Source: Prevotella sp.
Lineage (GTDB): Bacteria; Bacteroidota; Bacteroidia; Bacteroidales; Bacteroidaceae
Length of the DNA: 64,000 bases
NCBI GenBank assembly: GCA_052356385.1
Contig: DAWDAD010000007.1
Location: 6,465-70,464 of the forward strand
Direction: 5' to 3'
The notes beneath the pieces are model-generated. The model saw only the letters and a program-made list of their open reading frames with translations, did no database searches and was not told where the DNA came from. Positions 26,694-37,981 of this stretch are shown here, piece by piece. Positions within the stretch are counted from its first letter, which is position 1. Each line of letters opens with the position of its first letter. The position numbers and the translations under genes were made by a program.

Positions 26694-29600
26694 TTAGAAA
26701 GCGGCGTTTATGGTAAACGTGAAGTTTGCTGTTACGCCATCATAGTTGCGGATGCGGAATTCTGAAGCTACAGTACCACGTACAGACTCAGGATTCTCCT
26801 TGTTTGGCAAAGAGTTGAGCAGGTAGCCTAAGTTGTGACCTGTTGCTGTAAATGCAAGATTACGTGCTCCGATAGCTCTAGCCCAGCTCTGAGGTGCAGT
26901 GTATGAAAGTGAAATTTCACGCAACGCAATGTAGTTGAGCTTGTGGAAACAATCATCTGTAATGACACCTCTGTTGGTGTTAACATTAATCCAGCAGTTG
27001 TTCCAATATGTCCATGTGTTGGCATGAGAAGGCTCAACAACACCCTTGTCCATCAGCTCTTGGAAAGTCTCACCTGTAGAATACTGACCAGTTCCTACCG
27101 TGTAGAGTGTGTTGTCTGCTTGACGAATCTGAGTTCCTTTCTTGAAGATACCCTCTGGAATCACACCGTCATGGTAGGTGAGACCATCCCAACGTGAAGT
27201 ATAAGTTGCGCCACCATGGGCTTCATCACGATAATTCAATGATGTCTTAGAGAAACCGTATGCTGTGGCATAGCGTCCATTGTATGATGCAACATATCCG
27301 CCGAATCGAGCATCGAGTGATACGCTCAGAGCTACATTCTTATAGCGAAGTGTTGTGTTCACAGAACCCAAGAAGTCTGGGTTGATGCTACCGATGGTCT
27401 CAACTTTGTTGGAACGCCACAAGTATGCACTCTTGGTACCGTCATGGAAGCCTAACACGTTCAATCCTGATTCTTTGTCAACTTCAACCTTAGAGTCGGT
27501 CTTCAAAACACCATATTCACCACCAACTTCTGCAACAGAACCAATACGGAAGTTACCGTATGTTACATCACCTGCCAATGTGATGTAGTCTGCCACAAGC
27601 TCGTGAAGAGACACAATCTTAGACTTGTTCTTTGTATAGGTGAAGTTCAAGTCCCACTGCCAATCCTTGCTTTGGATAGGTGTTGTGTTCAAGGCAAGCT
27701 CAATACCTTGGTTCTGGATGTTACCTGCGTTGATGTACTTATATTGGATGCCAGACTCTGTAGGAACCTTGATTCTCATAATCTGATCCTTGGTATTCTC
27801 TTTATAGTATGTTGCATCGATACCAATACGGTTGTTCAGGAAACGCCAGTCAAGACCAAGTTCCCATGAGTTCTTACGCTCAGGTTTCAAGTCCTGGTCA
27901 TAAACGGTGGATGAAAGCTCTGTTCCTGCAACACGGTTATCGCCTACCTTACCAGAGTTCAGAATATACGCAGTATTAATCATGTATGGATTGGTATCAT
28001 TACCAACTTGCGCCCAAGAAGCACGAATCTTGGCAAATGAAATCCATGATGGCAACTGCTTGCGCAAACTGTTGGTGATGAGCCATGAACCAGACACTGA
28101 TGGATAGAAGTATGAGTATGTTCCGTGGCCATCGGCATAAACCAATGAAGAAGACCAGTCGTTACGACCAGTTACATCAAAGAACAATTGGTCTTTCCAA
28201 CTCATACCTGCTTGTGCTGCAACAGACAACATACGCTTTTCACCGCTTACAGTACCAGAGTAAGTAGGCGTGTTAACGGAGTTGTTAATGAAATATTGAT
28301 TGTGTGCAATCAATCCTCCATTAGTGCTCATTGATTGAGCCTGTGCAAATGAGTTGTAGTACTCTCCACGGAGGAAACCATGAACTTCGAAGTCTCCAAA
28401 TTGCTTATTGGCATTGAAGTTTACATTCAAGTTGGTCTGCTCTTTTGTAGAGTTTCCTAAGCTGTAGCTACCACCCTCGTTCTGATAACCATTACCAGGA
28501 TATTTACCCTCAGAACGTACATAGTAATAGTTGTAACTTCCCTCTGCAATGAATTTCAACCAGCTGGTAAGCTCTGCTGTAAGTTTTACGTTAGGACGTA
28601 CAACAGTTTCCTTTTGGTAGTACTCATTTTCATCAAGAGCCCAGAAAATATCCATACCAGGGACATTTCCGTACTCATCACCATAGCTTGTACTTACCAA
28701 ACCTCCATGAGAGGCCTTGTAGCGGTTTCTAAAAAACTTGATGTCGTAGTTTCTTGCGAAAGTACCATTCACAAAATACTCTCCTAAGTTCCATGCGGCA
28801 TTCTTTGGCTTAGAATTAGAGAATGTAACACCAGCCTCAACTTCTACCTTGCTGGTTATCTTATGCGAAGCCTTTGCCATCAAGTTGAAGCGAGAGAACT
28901 CATTGTTTGGGGTTGTGCCTTGAGCATACTTATATCCCAAAGAAGTATAGAAGCTAGTCTTCTCATTGCCACCATTGAAAGCAACGTTTGTTGTCGAATT
29001 AAAACCTGTATCGTAAAGGTCACGATAGTTGTTCTTTACAGCACTGTATGGTCTCATCGTTCCATCAACATACTCAACCATACTACCGTCGAACTTAGGA
29101 CCCCAGCCATAGTAACCACTTTCCATCAGGCTCTTAACGGAGTTTACGCCATCAGAGTTTTTGTCGAACGCCAAGTTGTTATATGGACTGTCTGCCCATG
29201 AACAGTAACCTGAAAGATAACCAGGTCCGTATTCGTTCTGGAAACCAGGTGTCTGAATAATGGTGTCAAAACCAAATGTCTGAGAGAAGTTGATGCCTAA
29301 GCCTTTCTTGCCTTTACCGCTCTTTGTGGTGATGACAATAGCACCATTCAGACCACGAGAACCGTAAAGCGCTGTAGCTGCAGCACCCTTCAATACAGAT
29401 ACACTTTCGAAGTCGGCTGGATTCAAGTTCTTCAACTCATTACCATAGTCATTGTTGCTGGCATTCCAGTCGGCAGAACTTTCATGAATGTCATTGTCGA
29501 GAATAATACCATCAACAACATAGATAGGCTGGTTGTTTGAACCTAAAGTAGAGGCGCCACGAATCAAAATCTTTGATGTACCGAACATACCACCATCACT

Positions 29601-30101
29601 TTGGTTAATTTCTACACCTGCTACCTTTCCCTGCAAAGCATTGGTTGGGTTGATGATACTTGCGTTCAGATCTTCACCCTTCAATTCTGTAACAGCATAA
29701 CCAAGAGCCTTTTTGTCACGCTTCATACCCAAGGCTGTTACTACAACCTCTTTCAAACTCTGTGAATCTTCTTTCAGAGTCACATCCAATGGACCACCAC
29801 GATAGATTACCTCAATTGTTTGAAAACCGAGGTATGAAATGCGGAGAGCAGCTCCTTTCTTGATTCCTTTAATGGTGAATTTGCCATCAAGGTCAGTAGC
29901 ACTACCGATAGATGTGCCTTTTACAAGGACTGACGCACCAATAACGGGCTCGCCAGTAGCATCCTTGACGATACCTGTACATGTCTCGTCTTGCTGTACG
30001 TTCTGTACGCCGTTAACGGCAGGAATACCTGCGTAAGCAGCACCAGCAGAACCAACCATCAAGGCGAATGCCAGATTCATTGTTTTGTTAGTTTTTGCCA
30101 T
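26694..30101 (-). CDS. SusC/RagA TonB-dependent transporter
   Basis: GEPVIGASV, VVVTALG, SVLKGAAATALYGSRGLNGAIVITTK, RNDWSS; terminal Phe. Confidence 0.95.
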   Translation of the reverse strand: MAKTNKTMNLAFALMVGSAGAAYAGIPAVNGVQNVQQDETCTGIVKDATGEPVIGASVLVKGTSIGSATDLDGKFTIKGIKKGAALRISYLGFQTIEVIYRGGPLDVTLKEDSQSLKEVVVTALGMKRDKKALGYAVTELKGEDLNASIINPTNALQGKVAGVEINQSDGGMFGTSKILIRGASTLGSNNQPIYVVDGIILDNDIHESSADWNASNNDYGNELKNLNPADFESVSVLKGAAATALYGSRGLNGAIVITTKSGKGKKGLGINFSQTFGFDTIIQTPGFQNEYGPGYLSGYCSWADSPYNNLAFDKNSDGVNSVKSLMESGYYGWGPKFDGSMVEYVDGTMRPYSAVKNNYRDLYDTGFNSTTNVAFNGGNEKTSFYTSLGYKYAQGTTPNNEFSRFNLMAKASHKITSKVEVEAGVTFSNSKPKNAAWNLGEYFVNGTFARNYDIKFFRNRYKASHGGLVSTSYGDEYGNVPGMDIFWALDENEYYQKETVVRPNVKLTAELTSWLKFIAEGSYNYYYVRSEGKYPGNGYQNEGGSYSLGNSTKEQTNLNVNFNANKQFGDFEVHGFLRGEYYNSFAQAQSMSTNGGLIAHNQYFINNSVNTPTYSGTVSGEKRMLSVAAQAGMSWKDQLFFDVTGRNDWSSSLVYADGHGTYSYFYPSVSGSWLITNSLRKQLPSWISFAKIRASWAQVGNDTNPYMINTAYILNSGKVGDNRVAGTELSSTVYDQDLKPERKNSWELGLDWRFLNNRIGIDATYYKENTKDQIMRIKVPTESGIQYKYINAGNIQNQGIELALNTTPIQSKDWQWDLNFTYTKNKSKIVSLHELVADYITLAGDVTYGNFRIGSVAEVGGEYGVLKTDSKVEVDKESGLNVLGFHDGTKSAYLWRSNKVETIGSINPDFLGSVNTTLRYKNVALSVSLDARFGGYVASYNGRYATAYGFSKTSLNYRDEAHGGATYTSRWDGLTYHDGVIPEGIFKKGTQIRQADNTLYTVGTGQYSTGETFQELMDKGVVEPSHANTWTYWNNCWINVNTNRGVITDDCFHKLNYIALREISLSYTAPQSWARAIGARNLAFTATGHNLGYLLNSLPNKENPESVRGTVASEFRIRNYDGVTANFTFTINAAF

Positions 30102-30353
30102 AATACAAACTTTTAATGTGATGAATATCTATTTATATTTAATTGTTCTTGCTTGAGATGTTTAATTTACTCACTTACAATCTGATTTTCTTTTATTAAT
30201 TATCTAGGTTGGTAAGTCTCTTTAAAATTTTAGGCAAAGTTATATAAAATATATTAAATGGAATACAAAAAACAGTGAAAATATTTCGACTTTAATGGTA
30301 TTTAACTAAAAAATAAGCTGTGACCGATAACAAACGGCCACAGCTTGTTAATT

Positions 30354-31682
30354 TTAACCTAAAAGTTTGCCTATACTGCGCAATTTTGTGCGATATCCAT
30401 AAATGGCAATCACCACGAAACAGATGAATGGAAGAATGAACGATGCATTGGTAGATGGCATTCCGAATACGGTATGCATATCGATGATGGATGCCTGCAA
30501 AGGTGGCAGGACACTACCGCCTAGGATTGCCATGATGAGACCGGCTGCACCAAACTTGGCATCATCGCCAAGACCCCTCAGGGCTATACCATAGATGGTA
30601 GGGAACATCAATGACATGCAGGCACTGACTGCTACCAGGCAGTAGAGACCCCAGATGTTGTGAAGGGCAATGACGCCGGCTGTGAAGCAGCCACCTGCTA
30701 TCGCCAATATCATCAACAGTTGTCCTGCATTGAAGAAGCGGAGGATGAAGGTGCAGATGAAGCGGGAACAGCAGAACAGTACCATCGCTACGATGTTGAA
30801 CTTCTGCGAGGTTACCTCGGCATCAATCTCAGCCATACCTTCCTGCATCAGAATGCGGGTACCATACTGGATGATGAAGGTCCAGCACATAATCTGTGCG
30901 CCCACATAGAAGAACTGGGTGAATACGCCTTCACGATAGTGAGGCATGCGGAAGATGCGGCGAAGGGTAGGCACGAAGTTAATCTTGTTGTCTTTCTCGC
31001 AGTTCTTCGGCATCTTGGTAAACAGGATGACGAAGAAGATGGTGAGGATGACCAGACCGATAATCAGGTATGGATTGATCAGTACCGAAAGGTCATATTC
31101 CTTGATTGCCTCGAACTCGCTATCCGAGAGATTGGCGCGCCCAGTCGTATCAAGCGGGTTGAGTTTTGCCTGTATAAAGTTCATCGCCACATACATACCG
31201 AGCAGCGAACCCATCGGGTTGAACGATTGCGCCAGGTTGAGTCGGCGTGTTGCCGTCTCCTCCGTTCCCATCGACAGAATGTAAGGGTTGCTCGATGTCT
31301 CCAGGAAGGAGAGTCCGCAGGTCAGGATGAAGTAGGCGAGGAGAAATGGATAATATTCGCCCATCATCTTTGCCGGATAGAAGAGGAATGCACCGAAGGC
31401 ATAGAGTCCTAATCCCAGCAGTACGCCTGCCTTGTAGGAGAAGCGGCGGATGAAGATGGCGGCAGGGAATGCCATGGCGAAGTAACCGCCGTAGAAGGCT
31501 ACCTGTACCAGTGCACCATCCGTAGATGACATTCGGAAGATTTTGGAGAATGCCTTCACCATCGGATTGGTGATATCATTGGCAAATCCCCATAGTGCAA
31601 AGCACGATGTAATTAAGATGAAGGGTACGAGGTAGCTAACCCCATCCTTCATGAGAATTGATTCTTTCTTTTTCGATTCCAT
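30354..31682 (-). CDS. fucP: L-fucose:H+ symporter
   Basis: FALWGFAN, VQVAFYGGY, FLETSSNPY, RLNLAQSFNP, SLMFPTI. Confidence 0.92.
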   Translation of the reverse strand: MESKKKESILMKDGVSYLVPFILITSCFALWGFANDITNPMVKAFSKIFRMSSTDGALVQVAFYGGYFAMAFPAAIFIRRFSYKAGVLLGLGLYAFGAFLFYPAKMMGEYYPFLLAYFILTCGLSFLETSSNPYILSMGTEETATRRLNLAQSFNPMGSLLGMYVAMNFIQAKLNPLDTTGRANLSDSEFEAIKEYDLSVLINPYLIIGLVILTIFFVILFTKMPKNCEKDNKINFVPTLRRIFRMPHYREGVFTQFFYVGAQIMCWTFIIQYGTRILMQEGMAEIDAEVTSQKFNIVAMVLFCCSRFICTFILRFFNAGQLLMILAIAGGCFTAGVIALHNIWGLYCLVAVSACMSLMFPTIYGIALRGLGDDAKFGAAGLIMAILGGSVLPPLQASIIDMHTVFGMPSTNASFILPFICFVVIAIYGYRTKLRSIGKLLG

Positions 31683-31736
31683 ATTTCAGGTTAATATTGT
31701 CTGCGTTTATGTTTGTAGGGTAAATATTCGGATGGA

Positions 31737-33128
31737 TCAGATGCTTTGTCTTACCACGGCTCTCAGCTCGTCGATATCCTTGATTTCTCCCTTGGCAAGT
31801 GCCTGGGTCAGGATGTTGCCCATACCCGTAGCCTCTATAGGACCCGCAATGACAGGAACGCCCAATGCTTCGGAGGTGAGACGGTTGAGTAACTTGTTCT
31901 GTGAACCGCCGCCGATGATGTGCATGCACTTGATTGGCTGCGGTAACATCTCGTTGAGGTGAGCGGTTGCCTCGGCATACTTGGCTGCCAGCGACTGGAG
32001 TACGCAGCGCACGATTTCTGCCTTGGTCTGAGGAACCTGCAACTGATGGGTGGCGCAGTAATCAATGATAGCCTGCTGCATGGATGCCGGATTCTGGAAC
32101 GCAGCGTCATCCACAGGGATGATGGCATTGATGTGAGCTTCTTCTGCCAGAGGAAGGATGATGTCGAACTGCTGTTCCTCGCCATTCTCCTTCCATTCTG
32201 CCATCAGTCTCTGCATGATCCAGAGACCTGTGATGTTCTGCAGGAAGGTGATGCGGCCGCCGATGCCGCCCTCGTTGGTAAATTCTGCCTTTCGGGCTTC
32301 CTCGGTAAGGATTGGCTTTTCTATCTCAACACCCAGAAGCGACCAGGTTCCCGAACTGATGAATGCCATCGGGTATTCATCTTCTGTGGCTGGTACGGCT
32401 GCTACCGCACTGGCTGTATCATGAGAACCTACAGCGATGACATCTACTTCTCCGAGTCCGGTTTCCTCTGCGATGTCGCGGCGCAGCTTTCCTCTTACGG
32501 TGCCCGGCATCACGATCTTGCCGAAGATGTGGCGTGGAAGCCCCAGCTGGTCGATGGTTTCCCAGTCCCAGTCCTTGGTGGTTGCATTCAGCAGTTCTGA
32601 TGTGGATGCGATGGTATATTCGTTGTTGGCTTCGCCAGTGAGATAGTAGCTGAAGAGGTCTGGGGTGAAAAGCAGATGCGCAGCCTTCTCCAACTGTGGA
32701 CTGTTGGCTTTCTTCAGACTGTATAACTGGAAGAGGGTATTGATTTCCATCACCTGCGTGCCGTTGATGGCATAATGTGCCGATGGATCAATCTGCTTGA
32801 AAACTTCTTCCGGCATTCCCTTGGTGCGGGCATCGCGATAGCATACCGGGTTGCCCAGAAGGTTGCCGTCCTGGTCGATGAGACCGAAATCCACTCCCCA
32901 GGTATCGATGGCGATGCCATCCACCTTGAGTCCCTTGACTCCTGCCATCTTCAGTCCCGTCTTCATATCCTCGAAAAGGGCGAGGAAATCCCAATAGACG
33001 TGGTTGCCTAATCTTACTTGTCGGTTAGGGAAACGATGGATGAGCTCCATTTCGAGCTTGCCGTTTTCTAGTTTTCCGGCAATCACTCGTCCGCTGCCTC
33101 CACCGAAATCTATAGCTAGATAAATCAT
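31737..33128 (-). CDS. fucK: L-fuculokinase (rhamnulokinase/FGGY family)
   Basis: AIDFGGGSGR, IDTWGVDF, HDTASA, SSGTWSL, FTNEGG; located in the fuc operon. Confidence 0.85.
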   Translation of the reverse strand: MIYLAIDFGGGSGRVIAGKLENGKLEMELIHRFPNRQVRLGNHVYWDFLALFEDMKTGLKMAGVKGLKVDGIAIDTWGVDFGLIDQDGNLLGNPVCYRDARTKGMPEEVFKQIDPSAHYAINGTQVMEINTLFQLYSLKKANSPQLEKAAHLLFTPDLFSYYLTGEANNEYTIASTSELLNATTKDWDWETIDQLGLPRHIFGKIVMPGTVRGKLRRDIAEETGLGEVDVIAVGSHDTASAVAAVPATEDEYPMAFISSGTWSLLGVEIEKPILTEEARKAEFTNEGGIGGRITFLQNITGLWIMQRLMAEWKENGEEQQFDIILPLAEEAHINAIIPVDDAAFQNPASMQQAIIDYCATHQLQVPQTKAEIVRCVLQSLAAKYAEATAHLNEMLPQPIKCMHIIGGGSQNKLLNRLTSEALGVPVIAGPIEATGMGNILTQALAKGEIKDIDELRAVVRQSI

Positions 33129-33173
33129 AGTTATTTATAAATGTTTGGGTAGATAAAAGTTGTTTCGTATAAA

Positions 33174-33221
33174 AAGCGGTAGGAGAGTGCCCGTAGCGGG
33201 CAGCTTTCTCTCCTACCGCTT
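33174..33221 (-). terminator. Intra-operon hairpin between fucA and fucK
   Basis: aagcggtaggagag ... ctctcctaccgctt with a T-run on the minus strand. Confidence 0.65.
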
Positions 33222-33243
33222 CTCTCATATAGAGGATAGAGGT

Positions 33244-33879
33244 TTATTGTTTCTTACCTAATACGTAAACCTCGAGATCGTCGATTTCTTCCGGTGTCAG
33301 TGTAGTGTATTTGCCGCCACTCTGAACGATGATTCTACAAGCCATCTCAAAGAACATGGCACGTTCGAACACCTCGTCGAAATTCTTGCCGCAAACTACC
33401 TGTCCGTGTTTCAGCAAGAGAGCTGAGTTGTGGTCCTTCAAGGCTGCGATGACTGCTGCTGCCAATTCTGGAGAACCAGGACGATAGTAAGGAATCACAG
33501 GGATTTCCTTGCCTACGTGGCATGGAACCTCTGCAGTTACATTGAAGTCTTTTGGAGTTTCCTGCATGCAAGCCACTGCTGTTGCAAAAGGAGACTGGAA
33601 GTGGAGAACCACATCGCAGTCAGGACGCTCACGGAGTACACCGAGGTGGAATCCGCTCTCCATAGAAGGCTTGACACCATTGAGAACTTCGCCCGTTGCT
33701 ACCAGACATTGAGATACTTTCTCCTTCTGGAGGCTAGGAACCCATGAACCTGTACCTGAGACAAGAGCCTCGTCGCCAATGCGCCAAGAGAGGTTGCCGC
33801 TACTGCAAATGGTGAGGGCTGCATCGCCTACGCGGTGAGCCTGCTCCAGGAATTTCTGAATATGCTCTTCTGTAATCAT
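33244..33879 (-). CDS. fucA: L-fuculose-1-phosphate aldolase (class II)
   Basis: SSGNLS, KPSMESGFH, PGSPELA, LLKHG. Confidence 0.85.
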   Translation of the reverse strand: MITEEHIQKFLEQAHRVGDAALTICSSGNLSWRIGDEALVSGTGSWVPSLQKEKVSQCLVATGEVLNGVKPSMESGFHLGVLRERPDCDVVLHFQSPFATAVACMQETPKDFNVTAEVPCHVGKEIPVIPYYRPGSPELAAAVIAALKDHNSALLLKHGQVVCGKNFDEVFERAMFFEMACRIIVQSGGKYTTLTPEEIDDLEVYVLGKKQ

Positions 33880-33928
33880 TTTCTTTTTCTTTCTATTTGA
33901 ATGATATTCGTACTGATGGTGTTACACC

Positions 33929-35701
33929 TTATTTATATATAGGACCGTAGTTCTTGCAAGCACGGAAGTCTGCACCTTCCTTGTCCATACCGAATGCGTT
34001 CCAAGATGCTGGACGGAAGATCTTGTCGTCCTCTACATTGTGCATGCATACTGGGATGCGGAGAATAGAGCAGAGGGTGATGAGGTCGGCACCGATATGA
34101 CCATAGCTGATAGCACCATGGTTAGCACCCCAGTTGTTCATCACTGAATATACATCCTTGAAAGGAGCCTTGTCGCAAAGACGTGGAGCGAACCAGGTAG
34201 TAGGCCATGTTGGGTCTGTACGCTTGTCGAGAACCTTGTGAATCTCTGGATCAATCTCAACGGTCCAACCTTCTGCCAACTGGAGCACAGGACCAAGACC
34301 CTTTACGTGGTTCAGGCGAACCATGGTTACAGGCATGCCGCCCTTGCTGAGGAAGTTTGATGAGAAACCGCCGCCACGGAAGTAGTCACGGTTAGCTGGA
34401 TACCAGGTAGTTGCCTTCAAGCACTTATCTACATCCTCCTCGGTCATCTCCCAAGGCTGCTTCATGATTGGGTTGCCCTCTGCATCTGTAGCCTGACCAG
34501 TACCGTCGAGTGTGGTAGCACCAGAGTTAATCAAGTGGATGATACCACCAGCTGCCTGACCTGTAAGTTCCTTACCGGTAACACGCTTCACAGCCTCTGG
34601 ACTCCAGTAGGTACGAACGTCGCTGAAGATCTGAGCACGACCTGTCAACAGGTGGTTGAACAGCATAGCTACGCCGTTGCCTGCATCATTCTCTGTAGCG
34701 AGAATGATAGCCTCACGGATACCGTTCCAGTCGAATGAAGTATTGAGGAGAGCCTCAGGATAGTCGCCGTTAGGGTAGAAGTCTGTCCACTGACGCTGTC
34801 CCTGGAAACCACCAGCGATGGCATTATGGCCTAATGCTTCCTCCTTGAAACCTAACTCTTTCAATCTTGGGTTACCGTGCATCAAGTCACGCATGATGAT
34901 AGTCATCTTCACGATAAACTCCCAGTCAGCATCCTTCTGCTCACGTGTCTTTGCCTTTTCATGGTTGGCGATGTCCTCACCCTCATTGCACATACAGTGC
35001 TCGCGGGTCCATGCCATAGCCTTCTCGTACTCCACAGGGTCGTAGATACCCTCAGTCATACGGCGGATGATTTCTGTAAGGTCAACACTTTCGTTGCGCA
35101 TACCGAGGTACTCCTGGAAGAAGTTAGGGTCAACGATAGAACCTGCAATACCCATGCAGGCACTACCCATAGAGAGATAAGACTTGCCGCGCATGGTAGC
35201 TACAGCCTGAGCTGCTCTGGCAAAGCGCAAGATCTTTTCTGCTACATCAGCAGGGATGGAATCGTCCTCCAAGTCCTGTACATCATGACCATAGATACCG
35301 AAAGCTGGCAATCCCTTCTGGGCATGAGCTGCGAGAACAGCAGCCAGATAAACAGCACCTGGACGCTCTGTACCGTTGAATCCCCATACTGCCTTTGGCC
35401 AGTGTGGATTCATATCCATAGTTTCTGCACCATAGCACCAGCAGGAAGTAACGGTGATGGTAGAGCCAACACCCTCGCGCTCAAACTTCTCAGCGCAAGC
35501 TGCACTTTCTGCTACACGACCGATGGTACTGTCAGCGATCACGCACTCTACAGGAGAGCCGTCGCCATTACGTAAATTCTCTGAAATCAGTTTGGCTACA
35601 GACTTAGCCAAATTCATGGTTTTTTCCTCGAGGCTTTCTCGTACACCTCCCTGACGTCCGTCGATAGTAGGACGGATACCGATTTTAGGATAGTTACTCA
35701 T
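33929..35701 (-). CDS. fucI: L-fucose isomerase
   Basis: [38 protein letters not shown]. Confidence 0.97.
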   Translation of the reverse strand: MSNYPKIGIRPTIDGRQGGVRESLEEKTMNLAKSVAKLISENLRNGDGSPVECVIADSTIGRVAESAACAEKFEREGVGSTITVTSCWCYGAETMDMNPHWPKAVWGFNGTERPGAVYLAAVLAAHAQKGLPAFGIYGHDVQDLEDDSIPADVAEKILRFARAAQAVATMRGKSYLSMGSACMGIAGSIVDPNFFQEYLGMRNESVDLTEIIRRMTEGIYDPVEYEKAMAWTREHCMCNEGEDIANHEKAKTREQKDADWEFIVKMTIIMRDLMHGNPRLKELGFKEEALGHNAIAGGFQGQRQWTDFYPNGDYPEALLNTSFDWNGIREAIILATENDAGNGVAMLFNHLLTGRAQIFSDVRTYWSPEAVKRVTGKELTGQAAGGIIHLINSGATTLDGTGQATDAEGNPIMKQPWEMTEEDVDKCLKATTWYPANRDYFRGGGFSSNFLSKGGMPVTMVRLNHVKGLGPVLQLAEGWTVEIDPEIHKVLDKRTDPTWPTTWFAPRLCDKAPFKDVYSVMNNWGANHGAISYGHIGADLITLCSILRIPVCMHNVEDDKIFRPASWNAFGMDKEGADFRACKNYGPIYK

Positions 35702-35828
35702 AATTATTGTTCTTTAAGTTTTTATAGTTACTATATTTTATATACATTATATTATATGTAAGTACAAAGGTAGTGATAAAAAATGAATCTTATCACTGCC
35801 TTTATGCTTTTTTTATATTTGTTTTTCT

Positions 35829-37211
35829 TTATTTAGAATTAAACTTGAATGCCAGAGGTTCATTCTTGAGTCCGGATGGAAGGGTAACGGTTACCTGATT
35901 GCCCTTGACGGTGTACTTGACAGACTTGCCGTTCTGCAGCAGAATCAGCTTACCCTTAGGCTTGTTTTCTGTCCAGGTAATGGTCTTAGGGGTCTTCTCT
36001 CCATCTTCCAGTGCATAGATGGCGTAGAGGGTCTTGCCATTCTTGTCGGCGGTAAACCATACCTTGCCATCATTATAGTGAGCAGCATTGACGGTAGAGT
36101 AAATAGCCTGACCGTTCTTGTTGAGCCAGTTTCCTATCTGCAGGAGGTTTTTCACAACTTCCGGTTGCAGGGTTCCGTCTGCCTTCGGACCAACGCCGAG
36201 TGCGAGACATCCGCCCTTTGCCACAATTTCTGAGAGAATACCGATTACCTTGTTAGGTGACTTGAACTTAGCGTTTGGTGTCCATCCCCAGGCATGGCTC
36301 AGGGTGATGCAGCTTTCCCAAGGAATATCGAGCTGCTTGGCTGGGATACCCTGCTCTGGAGTCTGATAGTTCTCATTCTTTCCACGAATGGTTCTATCTA
36401 CACTGATCATACCCGGATTGCGCTTGCGGGCATCTACCAGAATGGTATCAAGACCAATTTCATCGCCGGTAATCCATCCGCCATCGAGCCACAGGATATC
36501 GATGTTGCCATAATCAGTGGTCAGCTCGTTGAGCTGGTTCTGGGTAAACTTGCGGTAGTTCTGCCACCAGTCTGGATGCTGCTGCTTCTTGTAGTTGATG
36601 CGGCGGTTAGGGGTTGCATAATAAGGGTTCCAGAACCATTTGCAGTGCCAGTCTGGTTTGGAGAAATAACAGCCAATCATGAATCCCTTGTTGCGGTAGG
36701 CATTGAATACCTCCTTGGCGATGTTGTGGCGTGGATCCTTGCCGAAAGGTCCATGGGCGATGGAGAAGTCGGTATATTTGGTATCAAACATGCAGAAGCC
36801 ATCGTGGTGCTTGGTGGTGAAGATCATATACTTCATACCTGCCTTTTTCATCACGTCAGCCCATTTGCTAGGGTCGAAGTTCACTGGGTTGAGGGAATCT
36901 TTCTGACTCCAGTACCATGCCTTGTCCTCCTCGTAGGTTGGTTTGCGCTCACGTACAATCCAGTCTTCCGAACAGATTGACCAGGATTCTACGATACCAG
37001 GTACGCTATAGAGTCCCCAGTGCATCAATACACCGAACTTTTGGTCCTGCCAGTGCTTGAGTTTGGTTAATACTTGTGGATCTGTTGGCCAGACGTAATC
37101 TTCTGTGTTTGACTGTTGGTGAACGAAGCTCTGTGCTTCCTGTGCCTGTGTCTGGGTAGTGAATCCTGCAGATAAGGCAAGGCCGAGCATCATTAATTTG
37201 AAATGTTTCAT
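35829..37211 (-). CDS. GH29 alpha-L-fucosidase, secreted
   Basis: KFGVLMHWGLYS, TTKHHDGF, LWLDGG; signal peptide. Confidence 0.92.
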   Translation of the reverse strand: MKHFKLMMLGLALSAGFTTQTQAQEAQSFVHQQSNTEDYVWPTDPQVLTKLKHWQDQKFGVLMHWGLYSVPGIVESWSICSEDWIVRERKPTYEEDKAWYWSQKDSLNPVNFDPSKWADVMKKAGMKYMIFTTKHHDGFCMFDTKYTDFSIAHGPFGKDPRHNIAKEVFNAYRNKGFMIGCYFSKPDWHCKWFWNPYYATPNRRINYKKQQHPDWWQNYRKFTQNQLNELTTDYGNIDILWLDGGWITGDEIGLDTILVDARKRNPGMISVDRTIRGKNENYQTPEQGIPAKQLDIPWESCITLSHAWGWTPNAKFKSPNKVIGILSEIVAKGGCLALGVGPKADGTLQPEVVKNLLQIGNWLNKNGQAIYSTVNAAHYNDGKVWFTADKNGKTLYAIYALEDGEKTPKTITWTENKPKGKLILLQNGKSVKYTVKGNQVTVTLPSGLKNEPLAFKFNSK

Positions 37212-37981
37212 ATACCTTGATAGTTAAATTGAACGGCATTATTGCCTGTTTCTTTTGCTGCATCAATCAAGCTTCCAAAATCATAGCAGAACTCTGTCAT
37301 CTGATGATAGAGCAAGTTGCTGCCTTTATCAGATAACTCTGTATCTGGCAGAGGACCGGAGTTGATGGCTACGGTGAAGATGTTGGCTGCTACACCGGCA
37401 CGAACTCCCAAAGGAGCATTCTCTACCACAATGCCTTCCCAAGGCTGCAGGTTGCCAGCTTTCTGTAATCCCATCAGATAAGGATCTGGATTTGGCTTGC
37501 CTCGCTTCACATCATAAGCAGTTACGATATGCTCTTCATCGAGATATTTGCCGAAGTCGTTGAGAAGTCTCTGGATGAGTGGGCGCTGACCGCTGCCCGT
37601 TACGACTCCTACCTGCATACCGGCTTCCTTGATCTTCTGCATGATTTCCTTCACACCAGGGAAAATCTCGGCGGTAGGCATGGAGTGGAAGATGTCTGTC
37701 TTCACATCATACATCTTCTGTGCTTCATCCAGCGTGATGTCGATACCCTTCTGCTTCTTCACCATCATCTGGATAGTGTCGATGCCTCGGGCTCCCTCGG
37801 TGGCATAGGCATCGGCGGCAGTCATGTGGATATCAAACTGCTTCATCGACTCCTGCCATGCTACGGCATGATTGGGCATACTGTTATACAATACGCCATC
37901 CATATCAAAAAGAACGGCTTTAGGGTTGAATTCCCCAAAGCCGTGGTCTTTTAAGTATTTTGAAATAATTTCTTTCATCAA
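37208..37981 (-). CDS. HAD-superfamily phosphatase (beta-PGM-like)
   Basis: FDMDGVL, GKPNPDPY, VENAPLG. Confidence 0.88.
   Translation of the reverse strand: MMKEIISKYLKDHGFGEFNPKAVLFDMDGVLYNSMPNHAVAWQESMKQFDIHMTAADAYATEGARGIDTIQMMVKKQKGIDITLDEAQKMYDVKTDIFHSMPTAEIFPGVKEIMQKIKEAGMQVGVVTGSGQRPLIQRLLNDFGKYLDEEHIVTAYDVKRGKPNPDPYLMGLQKAGNLQPWEGIVVENAPLGVRAGVAANIFTVAINSGPLPDTELSDKGSNLLYHQMTEFCYDFGSLIDAAKETGNNAVQFNYQGI

Noticed and set aside
30102..30353. Invertible (phase-variable) susC promoter
   Set aside because: No inverted repeats flank the -7 box; only the fucP terminator hairpin is seen
31683..31745. Frameshift-truncated fucK C-terminus (HPNIYP in another frame)
   Set aside because: Would affect only a few terminal residues and cannot be supported without an alignment
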